Assembly (NCBI RefSeq): GCF_000284115.1
Contig: NC_017080.1
Location: forward strand, 120,001 to 152,000
DNA from: Phycisphaera mikurensis NBRC 102666
Lineage (GTDB): Bacteria; Planctomycetota; Phycisphaerae; Phycisphaerales; Phycisphaeraceae
Reading direction: 5' to 3'
DNA length: 32,000 bases
Shown: in pieces, positions 9,959 to 19,224 of the stretch
How positions within the stretch are numbered: position 1 is the stretch's first letter
Layout: every line of letters starts with the position of its first letter
Notes under the pieces: model-generated
Seen by the model: only the letters and a program-made list of their open reading frames with translations
Told to the model about the DNA's origin: nothing
Databases searched by the model: none
Made by a program: the position numbers and the translations under genes

Positions 9959-9990
9959 CCCGCCCCTCCCCCGCCCCGCCCCGCCCCGCC
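9959..9990 (-). other. G-quadruplex-prone G-run tract (C-runs on the plus strand) upstream of moxR
   Basis: The plus strand reads CCC G CCCC T CCCCC G CCCC G CCCC G CCCC G CC. That is six C3-5 runs separated by single nucleotides, about 100 nt upstream of the moxR ATG at 10093. Confidence 0.6.
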
Positions 9991-10092
9991 GCGCCGCGGA
10001 TTGCGGGGCGTGCCGGCCCTCCGCGGCGGCGGTCCGCGGTCCAGGCGGCCCCGGCCCGCTCCGCCCGCTCCCCGCCCCCGTAGCGTCACCCC

Positions 10093-11157
<1,065 letters not shown>

Positions 11158-11262
11158 GGCGGACTGCAGCCGGGACCGCAAACGGGCGATACGGGCCGGC
11201 CCCTCGCTCCCGCTAGCCTGCGAACCGACGACCGACCCCCCCGACCGACGGCGACCCCGCTC

Positions 11263-11733
11263 ATGACCCAGAACGCCGAGACGAAGGACGAGGCGGCGAC
11301 CGACCCGCTCGCGAAGCTCCGGGAGCAGTCCCAGGAGCCTTCCTATCTCTCCAAGCTGCGGGACCAGCGGACGCACGCGATCCTCGGCTCGGCCACGCGG
11401 GTGCACCAGACGCTGGGCCCGGGCTTCTCCGCCGCCGTCTACCGCGAGGCCCTCGCGATCGAGTTCGAGGGCCAGGCGATCCCGTTCATTGCCGAGCCGG
11501 AGCTGCCGATCCGCTACCGCGGGCGGACGCTGGGCGCCACGCACCGGGCGGCCTTCCTGTGCCACCAGCGGATCCTGCTGGAGGTCAAGGCCGAGGCGCG
11601 CACGCAGGCCTCCGCCGAGAGCCACGTGCTCAACTACCTCAAGAGCACGGGCTTCCCGCTGGGGCTGGCACTGAACTTCGGGGCCGATCGCTTTGAGTAC
11701 CGGCTGCTGATCAACGCGACGGACAGCCGGTAG
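11263..11733 (+). CDS. GxxExxY-family protein (PD-(D/E)XK-like fold), with divergent signature residues
   Basis: ATG start, 156 aa. The region ILGSATRVHQTLGPGFSAAVYREALAIEFEGQAIPF...YRG...LLEVKA...HVLNYLKSTGFPLGLALNFG follows the GxxExxY family pattern. The signature Glu is Ala here (GFSAAVY). An extra N-terminal extension of about 35 aa is rich in charged residues. Confidence 0.8.
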   Translation: MTQNAETKDEAATDPLAKLREQSQEPSYLSKLRDQRTHAILGSATRVHQTLGPGFSAAVYREALAIEFEGQAIPFIAEPELPIRYRGRTLGATHRAAFLCHQRILLEVKAEARTQASAESHVLNYLKSTGFPLGLALNFGADRFEYRLLINATDSR

Positions 11734-11895
11734 GAACGCCCGCAACGGGCCCGCGGGCCCGAGAGCCTGCGCCCTGCGCATCGGCGGCGCCGCTCGCTTC
11801 GGCGGTCCACCTTCTGCCCATCCCTCCGAGAACGGCGGGTGCCCGGGTGCCACGCATCCGGGTCCTTTGACGAGATCCGGAGGAGGTCGGGCGCT

Positions 11896-12732
11896 TCAGC
11901 GTCGGGCGGCGGTTGCCGCACCCGCGGCCGTCGCCGCCCCGGGGGGCGGCGAGCCGGTGCCGAGCACGTACCGCATCGTGGGCAGCTCCCGGTCCAGCAG
12001 GGCCCGCGCGTAGCTGCACATCAGCCGGTTCGCCCGGGCGAGGTCCGCCCCCGGGAGCCCGCGGACCGCGGCTTGCTCGGCCCGTTCGGCGACGCGGTCC
12101 GCGGGGCGGGCGTCCTCCGCGGCGGCCGCGAGCGCGGCGCGCGTCGACGGCCGGACCCGCCACGCGGCGGGGCCCGGATCGGCGGTGAAGCCGCCGGCGG
12201 CGGGGTCGAAGGTGGCCGGCGCGGCGGCGTCCAGCGGGGCGTCGCGGTGCACGTCGCGGCCGAGCTCGGGGCGGTAGCCCAGCTCGGTGAAGAAGGACCA
12301 GTGGTAGCCCAGCAGCGCCGCCTGGGGGTCGGCGGCGGGCCCGGCGAGCGCGTCGAGCAGCGTCGCGAGGGCATCGAAGAGCCCGGGGTGCGGGTCGAGT
12401 TCGGCGAGCAGGGCATCGGCGAGCTGGGCGGCGTAGCAGCCCAGGCGGAGACGCTCCAGCGAGGCCCGCAGGCCGTGCCGCGGCCGCTGCAGGTCCCAGC
12501 CGGTCACCGCGGCGAGCTCCCAGGCCGGGCGGGTCGTGGCGGTCGCGGTGCCCCCGGTGAGCGGCTCGAAGCCGCCGGTGAAGCGGGCGACCGCGCCCGG
12601 CGAGCTCCGCAGGCAGCCCTTGGCCAGGCCCCGCAGCTTGCCGCGCTCGCGGCAGAGCAGCGTGACGACCTGGCTCGTCTCGCTGTACGGAAACCGGGCG
12701 AGGCACGTGGCGGTGTCGGTGAAGCGCGGCAC
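11896..12732 (-). CDS. recO: DNA repair protein RecO
   Basis: 278 aa. The N-terminal OB-fold pattern TATCLARFPYSETSQVVTLLCRERGKLRGLAKG, followed by LRLGCYAAQLADALL and LLGYHWSFFTELGYRPEL, is typical of RecO. Confidence 0.85.
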   Translation of the reverse strand: MPRFTDTATCLARFPYSETSQVVTLLCRERGKLRGLAKGCLRSSPGAVARFTGGFEPLTGGTATATTRPAWELAAVTGWDLQRPRHGLRASLERLRLGCYAAQLADALLAELDPHPGLFDALATLLDALAGPAADPQAALLGYHWSFFTELGYRPELGRDVHRDAPLDAAAPATFDPAAGGFTADPGPAAWRVRPSTRAALAAAAEDARPADRVAERAEQAAVRGLPGADLARANRLMCSYARALLDRELPTMRYVLGTGSPPPGAATAAGAATAARR

Positions 12733-12835
12733 GGGGACCCGACGCTAGAGCATCGTGCTCGGTTTTCACTCCGGCCTGCGTGCGCGGGAGCGGCCTGCAA
12801 GCTGCGCACGGGGCGCCGGCGGGCCGCTGCCCGCT

Positions 12836-13144
12836 TCAGAGGCTTTCCAGCAGCTCCCGCAGCTCCCCGGCCGCTTTGGCGTTCCCGTCCGCTTCGGCCC
12901 GCTCCAGGCCCGCCCGCGCCGCCGCCACCGCCTCGTCTTCCTCCCCCTCCTCCGAGAGCACCCGCGCCTTCTGAAACCAGGCGTAGTGGTGCGACGGGTC
13001 GACCTCCAGCGCCTTGTCCAGCCAGGCGAGGGCCTCCGCGTTCGCCCCGGCCTTCGCATGCTCCAGGCCGATCATGTACGGCAGGTCGCGGTCGGCGGGG
13101 TCGTCCGCGTGCAGGCGGAGGAGGGTGTCGAGTCGGTCGGCCAT
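12836..13144 (-). CDS. small TPR-repeat protein
   Basis: The ATG at 13144 gives 102 aa; the tracked ORF begins 6 codons earlier at a TTG. The sequence YMIGLEHAKAGANAEALAWLDKALEVDPSHHYAWFQKARVLSEEGEEDEAVAAARAGL is TPR-like. Lies upstream of and co-oriented with recO. Confidence 0.6.
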   Translation of the reverse strand: MADRLDTLLRLHADDPADRDLPYMIGLEHAKAGANAEALAWLDKALEVDPSHHYAWFQKARVLSEEGEEDEAVAAARAGLERAEADGNAKAAGELRELLESL

Positions 13145-13237
13145 CGCCCGAAGGTAGCGCAACCCAGGCCCGCCGGAGCGACCCGGAACCGGCGCGGCCC
13201 CCCGTCGGCGCGGGCCTGGCGCCTAGACCCACCCCCG

Positions 13238-14773
13238 ATGAGCGACAACGCCCCGCCCTCGGTCATGCTCCAGGCCTTCACGTGGCGGACGCCCGCCGAC
13301 GGCGGGTTCTGGGAACGCCTCGGCAAGCAGGGCCGCCACCTGGCCGAGATCGGCTTCACGCACGTGTGGTGCCCGCCCCCGTGCAAGGGCGGCGGCGGCG
13401 CCGCGGACCGCGGCTACGGCCTGTACGACCTCTACGACCTCGGCGAGTTCGACCAGAAAGGCGCCGTCCGCACGCGTTACGGGACGAAGGAGGCGTTGGT
13501 CGCGGCCGTGGCGGCGCTCAAGGAGGCGGGGCTCGAGCCGATCGCCGACGTCGTGCTCAACCACCGGATGGGGGCCGACGAGCAGGAGAGCTTCGAGGTT
13601 CAGGAGGTGGATCCCAGCAACCGCCTCGAGAACATCGGCGAGCCCTTCGAGCTGACCGCCTGGACGGGGTACACCTTCCCGGGACGGCTGCGGGAGCCGG
13701 GCGACCCCAATGACTTCCGCTGGCGTTGGCACCACTTCACCGCCGTCGACCAGGCGCCCGAGGGCGACGAGTCGGACCGGCCGCGGCTGTTCCGCATCGC
13801 CGACCGCGGCTGGGAGCCGGAGGTCGACGACGAGAACGGCAACGCCGACTTCCTGATGGGCTGCGACGTGAACCTCGACCAGGACGACGTCCGGGCCGAG
13901 CTGTTCCGCTGGGGGGATTGGTTCCTGGCCGAGACCGGCTTCTCGGGCTTCCGCTTCGATGCGGCCAAGCACATGAGCCGGCGCTTCCTCCGCGACTTCC
14001 TCGGCCACGTCCGCGCCCCCCGCGGCGAAGACCACCCCGGCGGCGGGCACTTCGCGGTGAGCGAGTACGGCAGCGGCGACCCCGCCGCGATCCGCGCCTT
14101 CCTCGACGCGACCGGCGGGGCGACGCAGGCCTTCGACTTCCCGCTGCACTACGCCTTCGCGGCGGCGGGCGCGGCCATGAACGGGCAAGGCGAGCTCGAC
14201 CTGCGCGGTCTCTTCGACGGCGCCGTCGTCCAGACCCACCCCGACCTCGCGGTCACCTTCGTCGACAACCACGACTCCGACCCGGCGCAGGAGGTGGGCG
14301 GGTGGGTGGACGACGCCTTCAAGCCGCACGCCTACGCCGCGATCCTGCTGCGGGCCGGCGGGATGCCTTGCGTCTTCGGCGGCGACCTGGACTTCCTCCG
14401 TGGCGGCGTGGGCCTGCCGGGGAACGAGGGCGACGCGGCGCCGGACTGCCCGCCGCTGACCGATCACGGCGTCGTGATCCGCCGGCTGATGGACGCCCGG
14501 CGGGGCTTCGCCTTCGGCGAGCAGGAGGAGGTCGCGGTGGAGGCCGGGCACCGCGCGTGGATCCGCCGCGGGACCGACGCGCACCCCGGGGTGATGGTGG
14601 TGGTGATCAACGCCGGCGACGACGACGTGACAATCGAGGCGGACACCCGCCGCGGCGGGCAGCTCTTCCGCGAGCTCGTCCGCCCGGACGCGGGCGAGGA
14701 GGTGACCGCGGGCGACGACGGGACCGCTGCGCTGCGGTGCCCCGCGCGCGACGTCGCGGTTTGGGTGTGCTGA
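13238..14773 (+). CDS. GH13 alpha-amylase, cytoplasmic type (no signal peptide)
   Basis: The ATG at 13238 gives 511 aa, taken from within the 672-aa tracked ORF. All four GH13 conserved regions are present: DVVLNH, GFRFDAAKHM, FAVSEYGS and FVDNHD. The N-terminus VMLQAFTW resembles the E. coli AmyA / Bacillus liquefying-type amylases. Confidence 0.9.
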   Translation: MSDNAPPSVMLQAFTWRTPADGGFWERLGKQGRHLAEIGFTHVWCPPPCKGGGGAADRGYGLYDLYDLGEFDQKGAVRTRYGTKEALVAAVAALKEAGLEPIADVVLNHRMGADEQESFEVQEVDPSNRLENIGEPFELTAWTGYTFPGRLREPGDPNDFRWRWHHFTAVDQAPEGDESDRPRLFRIADRGWEPEVDDENGNADFLMGCDVNLDQDDVRAELFRWGDWFLAETGFSGFRFDAAKHMSRRFLRDFLGHVRAPRGEDHPGGGHFAVSEYGSGDPAAIRAFLDATGGATQAFDFPLHYAFAAAGAAMNGQGELDLRGLFDGAVVQTHPDLAVTFVDNHDSDPAQEVGGWVDDAFKPHAYAAILLRAGGMPCVFGGDLDFLRGGVGLPGNEGDAAPDCPPLTDHGVVIRRLMDARRGFAFGEQEEVAVEAGHRAWIRRGTDAHPGVMVVVINAGDDDVTIEADTRRGGQLFRELVRPDAGEEVTAGDDGTAALRCPARDVAVWVC

Positions 14774-14786
14774 GGCGGCCGGGCCG

Positions 14787-15047
14787 TCAGCGCTTCCCGG
14801 AGACCTTGTCCTTGACCTTCGGGGCGAACTGCGTCGCGAGCCAGATGAGCAGCGGGAAGACGATGAGGTCGTCGATCTGCCCCGCGATCGGCAGGAAGTC
14901 GGGCACGAGGTCCAGCGGCGAGAGCAGGTAGATCGCCGCGAGCACGCCGAAGAGGATCTTCGCCCACAGCGGCGTGGCGCCGCTCTTGAAGACGCGCCAG
15001 ACCTTGGCGAAGCGGGCGAGGGGGTTGAGTCGGTCGATGACGGCCAT
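14787..15047 (-). CDS. DUF1232 (YkvA-family) small membrane protein
   Basis: 86 aa with an ATG start. The motif ILFGVLAAIYLLSPLDLVPDFLPIAGQIDDLIV is the hallmark of DUF1232. Confidence 0.8.
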   Translation of the reverse strand: MAVIDRLNPLARFAKVWRVFKSGATPLWAKILFGVLAAIYLLSPLDLVPDFLPIAGQIDDLIVFPLLIWLATQFAPKVKDKVSGKR

Positions 15048-15171
15048 GGCCGACGCTAGGCCGCAGCCGGCCGCCCCGTGGGAGCGTCAACCGGCGGCGG
15101 CGTCGGCTCGCTCCCTGGGGCCGCGGGCCCCGTGCACCGGCCTCGCCGCCCGCCTCCGCTCCCGCTCCCGC

Positions 15172-15564
15172 TCAGCCCGCCGCCGCCTCGCGGATGCGGG
15201 CGGTGGCGACGTCGGTCCCCACGTCGTCCTTTCCGAAGCCGCGCCGGCCGCCGGCGGCCTCGGCCCGGGCCTGGCTCTCGGCGTAGTTCGACACCAGCAG
15301 CGCCCGCGTGCCGCCGTCCCGCCGGGCCTCCTGCTCGATGAGCTGCACGCCGTCGGTGGCGTCGAAGCGGCCGTCGAGCACGCGGTTCACCAGCAGCACG
15401 ACGCCGGGGCCCCGCTTCGCCGCCAGGGCGTCCTGGGTGTTGACGCGCTCGACGGTGGCCCCGGGCAGGGCCGCCTTTGCGGCGGCGGTGAGGCCGCCGG
15501 AATCGAAGCCGCAGTGGCCGACGAGGAGGACGGTGGGGGTTTCGTGCGGGTGGTTCTCGGGCAT
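15172..15564 (-). CDS. hypothetical protein (alpha/beta pattern, GHCGFD motif)
   Basis: The ATG at 15564 gives 130 aa; the tracked ORF extends 46 codons further upstream through Arg/Gly-rich sequence. Alternating beta-like hydrophobic strands (TVLLVGHCGFD, VVLLVNRVLDG, ALLVSNY). No family recognised. Confidence 0.5.
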   Translation of the reverse strand: MPENHPHETPTVLLVGHCGFDSGGLTAAAKAALPGATVERVNTQDALAAKRGPGVVLLVNRVLDGRFDATDGVQLIEQEARRDGGTRALLVSNYAESQARAEAAGGRRGFGKDDVGTDVATARIREAAAG

Positions 15565-15717
15565 GCGGGAGGCTACGGGTCCGCCCCCGCGGGGGGCTCT
15601 CGCCGCGGTGCCGGAAGCCTGAGCCGGGTCGCGGCCCCGACGCGGCGCGCCGCCCCGCTTCTTGGATGTCTCACCCCGACGCTGCTCCCCGGCCGCCCCC
15701 ACCGCCCTGCCGCCGCT

Positions 15718-16341
15718 TCAGGGCTCGACGAACGCCGGCTCCGGAAGCTCTTCCCCGTACCGGATCCGGACCCGCCGGTGCCCTTCGTGGTGCAGGTGCA
15801 GCACGTCCAGGGCCAGGACCTCCGCGGCGATGACCGCGAAGCGCCCGCGGCCCGCGAGCGTTTCCTCTGGCTCGGGCACCCGCCCGCGGACCGCGGGCGG
15901 CAGGTTCGGGCTCGGCCCGCCGTCCGCGGTGGCGACGCCCGGCGGGGCCGCAGCGAGGTAGCAGCGGCGGCTGGAGGCGCCCGTCGCCTCCCACTGGCGG
16001 TCGGCCAGCGCGTCGAACCGGTGGACCGTGACCCGGGTCGAGGCGCGGACCTGCACCTTCGCCGCCGCGTCGTAGAAGACCCAGGCGGCGGCGGGCCGCT
16101 CCAGCAGCCCGAGGACCTTCGGCGCGCGGGCGTCGCTGTGGCAAAGCAAGCGCCGGTCCGCCCGCGAGGCGCCTCGGAGCACGACGGTGCGGGCCGTGGG
16201 CCCGCCGCCGACGTCGAGCGTCGCCAGCACCGGCGTGTGGAAGGCGTGGCGGCCGCGCGCGGCGCCCTCCGCCAGGCGGTCCCAGGCGTCGTCGACGATG
16301 CCCGCGGCGTCTCCGAGGAAGCCCGGCCGTTTCTCGCTCAC
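15718..16341 (-). CDS. pyridoxamine 5'-phosphate oxidase-family (FMN-binding split-barrel) protein
   Basis: The GTG at 16341 gives 207 aa, overlapping the upstream gene's stop by 4 nt. HAFHTPVLATLDVGGGPTARTVVLRG...LLCHSDARAPKVLGL...AAWVFYD...KVQVRASTRVTV and the C-terminal HRRVRIRY resemble PNPOx-like proteins. The start is uncertain. Confidence 0.65.
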   Translation of the reverse strand: MSEKRPGFLGDAAGIVDDAWDRLAEGAARGRHAFHTPVLATLDVGGGPTARTVVLRGASRADRRLLCHSDARAPKVLGLLERPAAAWVFYDAAAKVQVRASTRVTVHRFDALADRQWEATGASSRRCYLAAAPPGVATADGGPSPNLPPAVRGRVPEPEETLAGRGRFAVIAAEVLALDVLHLHHEGHRRVRIRYGEELPEPAFVEP

Positions 16342-16712
16342 GCCGCGGCCCGCTTGCGGGCGCGGCGTGCCGCGGCGAAGGACCGGATGCCCAGCACGAG
16401 GTACATCGTGCAGATGACGAACATCGCCAGCTGCGAGACCGTCGAGAGCGCCGTGCCGCCGTCGCTGCCGACCGTGTCGATCAGCTTCCACAGCGAGGCG
16501 ACCGCGCCCAGCAGCCCGAGGACCAGGGCGATGTGCACGGCCGCCGCCCGGGCCGCCGGCTTGAGCGCGACCAGCCCGCAGATCAGCAGCGGGACGCCCA
16601 GGAAGGCGGGGATCCACACGGTCGGGCTGCCGGAGCGGGAGATCGCGGCGGCGGCGGCCGCCAGGGCGACGAGCAGCGCGCCGGCGACGAGCGTGAGGGT
16701 GCGGACGGGCAT
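16338..16712 (-). CDS. hypothetical 4-TM membrane protein
   Basis: The ATG at 16712 gives 124 aa, the C-terminal part of the 544-aa tracked ORF. It has four hydrophobic helices and a basic C-terminal tail (RRARKRAAA). Confidence 0.55.
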   Translation of the reverse strand: MPVRTLTLVAGALLVALAAAAAAISRSGSPTVWIPAFLGVPLLICGLVALKPAARAAAVHIALVLGLLGAVASLWKLIDTVGSDGGTALSTVSQLAMFVICTMYLVLGIRSFAAARRARKRAAA

Positions 16713-16912
16713 CGGCGAGGCTTCCAGGCGGTCGGGGTGAGGGAGCGTGGCCGCCGGCTCGCGGCGCGGCGGCCGGGGGCGCGGCGGGTCGGAGCGTAGG
16801 TCGATCGAACCCGTCCGCCGGGCCGGCCGTACCGCCCGCCGGCGACGCCGGGAGCCCGCGGGGCCGACGCCTCTACCCTCCCGCCCGGCCGGTTCCGGGC
16901 GTTCCGGCCGCC

Positions 16913-16938
16913 CGCGTCGCCGCGTCGCCGCGTCGCCG
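16913..16938. repeat. (CGCGTCGC)x3 tandem octamer in a divergent promoter region
   Basis: CGCGTCGC CGCGTCGC CGCGTCGC CG is read directly at 16913-16938. It lies 42 nt upstream of the FKBP gene ATG at 16980. Confidence 0.8.
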
Positions 16939-16979
16939 AAGTTCTGGATCCGCCCCCCGCCCACGCCCGGCCTCCCACC

Positions 16980-17930
16980 ATGAAGCTCTCCACCCGCGTC
17001 CTCCTCACCGCTCTCTCCGCTGGCACGCTCGCGCTCGCCGGCGTCCCCACGCCGCCCGCCGCGGCGCAGGAGGGATCCCCCGGCGACCCGCTCGCGGGCT
17101 TCCAGCTGCCGGTGGAGAGCCCGCCGCACGACTACGACGCCGGCCCCGACGCCGAGGGCTTCGAGAGCCTGGCGTCCCGCGTGAGCTACGCGATCGGCAT
17201 GAACATCGGCGCCGGGCTCGTGCGCGACTTCGACGAGATGGACGCCGAGCTCGATGCCGGCGGGCTCGTCAGCGGGATCGAGGAGGCCACCGCCGGCGAG
17301 GAGACCCGCCTGGACGAGGCGCAGGTCCAGTCGACGCTGCAGGCCTTCCAGCGGCAGATGGCCGAGCAGCAGATGGCCGCCGCGGCCGCCGCGGCCGAGG
17401 CGAACCGCGTGGAGGCCGAGGCCTTCTTCGCCCGCAACGCCGGCGAGGAGGGGGTCACCACCACCGACTCGGGCCTCCAGTACAGCCTCGAGACCCGCGG
17501 CGACGGCGAGGTCGCGCAGGAGGGCCAGACGGTGACGCTGCAGTACCGCGGCACGCTGCTCGACGGCACCGAGTTCGACTCTTCCTACGGCGGGCCCGAG
17601 CCGGCGTCCTTCCCGGTCGGCGCCGTGATCCCCGGCTTCAACGAGGCGCTCCTGCTGCTGCCGGTCGGGTCCAAGGGCACGATCTGGATCCCGGCGGACC
17701 TCGCCTACGGCGACACGCCCCCGCGCGGCAGCGTCATCGAGCCCGGCTCGCCGCTGGTCTTCGACCTGGAGATCCTCGGCCTCGAGGGCGAGGCGGACCC
17801 CGCGGCGGAGACCGAGGCCCGCGACGCCGCCGCCGGGGCCGCCGCGGCCGGAGGCACCCCGGATCCGGGGGCGGGCGACGAGGCGGAGGAGACGCTCAAC
17901 GCGGAGCATCGCGACGTCACCGCGCCCTGA
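16980..17930 (+). CDS. FKBP-type peptidyl-prolyl cis-trans isomerase (FkpA/Mip-like), secreted
   Basis: 316 aa with an ATG start. Signal peptide MKLSTRVLLTALSAGTLALAGVPTPPAAAQ. FKBP_N-like segment VSYAIGMNIGAGL, then an FKBP domain: GLQYSLETRGDGEVAQEGQTVTLQYRGTLLDGTEFDSSY...FPVGAVIPGFNEALLLLPVGSKGTIWIPADLAYG...LVFDLEILG. The C-terminal tail is acidic and low-complexity. Confidence 0.9.
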   Translation: MKLSTRVLLTALSAGTLALAGVPTPPAAAQEGSPGDPLAGFQLPVESPPHDYDAGPDAEGFESLASRVSYAIGMNIGAGLVRDFDEMDAELDAGGLVSGIEEATAGEETRLDEAQVQSTLQAFQRQMAEQQMAAAAAAAEANRVEAEAFFARNAGEEGVTTTDSGLQYSLETRGDGEVAQEGQTVTLQYRGTLLDGTEFDSSYGGPEPASFPVGAVIPGFNEALLLLPVGSKGTIWIPADLAYGDTPPRGSVIEPGSPLVFDLEILGLEGEADPAAETEARDAAAGAAAAGGTPDPGAGDEAEETLNAEHRDVTAP

Positions 17931-18187
17931 GCCCGCCGGCGGGTCCGGGAAGCCGACCACGCGGTCCGGCATCCGGCCATCTCCTTAGTTGGTTCCATCG
18001 AACGAAGCCTCTCAGGGGCCTCTGAGGCGGGTCGTCTCGCAATCGAATCGGGTGAAGACCTGGCGGCGGAGGATCGCAACCTCCGCTTCGCACAGGGTTT
18101 CTGACTGCCATCCCACACCGGGAGGTGAGGATCGGGCTAGCGTGCGTTGGGGGTTGTTCCGGCACGCCTTGACCACCAGGATCCAGA

Positions 18188-18907
18188 TTGACGTCCACCG
18201 CACCCGTTCGCATCCCCGGACCCGGCGTTCCCACCGGCGTGCGGCTCCAGTCGCTCTTCGAATCGGAGCCCGATCTCGGCGTGGTGCACCTCGACGCGGA
18301 CGACCGCATCGAGGCCGCCAACGCGGCGGCGCGGCGGATCTACCTGCACGAGGGGAGGGCGGACGAGGCGCTGGAGGGGCAGGCGCTCCGCTCGCTGTAC
18401 CCCGCTCCTTTCGCCGGCGAGGTGGATCGCTTCCGCGGGCTGCTGGCTCGGGAGGACCGGCCGCTCTTGATCCGCGGGATCTGGCGCGGGCACGGGGTCT
18501 ACACCTCCGTGCACCCGGCGCCCGGGGGCGGGTGCGTGCTGCTGGGTCGGCGCGGCGCCGTCTCGGGGCCCGAGGTCGCGCCCAGCCGCCACGTCCGGGT
18601 CGACGCCGAGGTGCTCGAGCTCGGGGAGCTGTCGGTGCTGACCCCCCGGGAGCTGGAGGTGCTCGCGCTGCTGGGCAGCGGCGGCACGCTCAAGGACGCC
18701 GCGGCGGACCTGCGGCGGTCGGTGAAGACCGTGGAGAGCCACCGCGACAACATCGCCCGCAAGCTGGGCCTTTCGCGGCGTGGCGAGCTGGTGCGGGTGG
18801 TGGAGCGGTCGGGGCTGCGTCCCGCCGACGTCGGCCGGTCCCGGCTGATCCTCGACCGCGCGGGCCCGCGGCCGGGCTCGCTTGGGGCATCATCGCAAAT
18901 TAGGTAA
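18188..18907 (+). CDS. PAS-like sensor / LuxR-family HTH transcriptional regulator
   Basis: 239 aa with a TTG start (uncertain). C-terminal LuxR HTH: LTPRELEVLALLGSGGTLKDAAADLRRSVKTVESHRDNIARKLGL. N-terminal PAS-like segment: LFESEPDLGVVHLDADDRIEAANAAARRIY. Confidence 0.8.
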   Translation: MTSTAPVRIPGPGVPTGVRLQSLFESEPDLGVVHLDADDRIEAANAAARRIYLHEGRADEALEGQALRSLYPAPFAGEVDRFRGLLAREDRPLLIRGIWRGHGVYTSVHPAPGGGCVLLGRRGAVSGPEVAPSRHVRVDAEVLELGELSVLTPRELEVLALLGSGGTLKDAAADLRRSVKTVESHRDNIARKLGLSRRGELVRVVERSGLRPADVGRSRLILDRAGPRPGSLGASSQIR

Positions 18908-19224
18908 AACAGCTAGATGTTAACACGCCTGCGGCTCCTTATGCTGCGGGGCCGAGGAGGATGGATTCGATTCATTCGAAACGTCCTTCGCCCGAGATCC
19001 ACCGACCGGCCCGGCGGCCGGGCCCGCGATTCCCCCCCAGTCGCGGCGCCCGCCGCTGGGCCCTGCGCGTAACGCGCTCGCCCGCGCCGCCACGCTGGCG
19101 ACGCACGCGGAGGCCGGAAGCCCGGCGGGGCCGCCTCGCGCCGATCCGTCGCGGGCGGCCGCTCTCACCGCCTCCGGCAACACCCGTGGCCGGGGGCTGC
19201 CGCCGCCGGCCGTAGGCTGCCGCC

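Noticed and set aside
9700-9960. RNase P RNA, tmRNA or SRP RNA in the lower-GC noncoding core
   Set aside because: The minus-strand sequences GAGGAAGAAGTCAGGAACAG and TTCAGAACGGTCC vaguely recall RNase P CR-I and CR-V, but they are only about 100 nt apart and lack GGAAAGTCCGGGC. There is no tmRNA tag or TCCACCA 3' end, and no SRP GGAAGCAGCC-type motif. An unknown ncRNA remains possible.
12755-13237. N-terminal 161 codons of the 672-aa tracked ORF as an amylase extension or signal sequence
   Set aside because: This region is antisense to the TPR gene and crosses the divergent intergenic region. GH13 homology starts right at the ATG at 13238 (MSDNAPPSVMLQAFTW).
18955-18990. tRNA-like T-arm (GGATTCGATTCATTCGAAAC)
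   Set aside because: No acceptor stem, D-arm or anticodon arm can be built around it. The TTCGA motifs form only a 5-bp mini-hairpin.
18908-19224. FMN (RFN) riboswitch upstream of ribH
   Set aside because: I could not find the conserved RFN core sequences on the plus strand. This is only a by-eye check, and a covariance-model search would be decisive.
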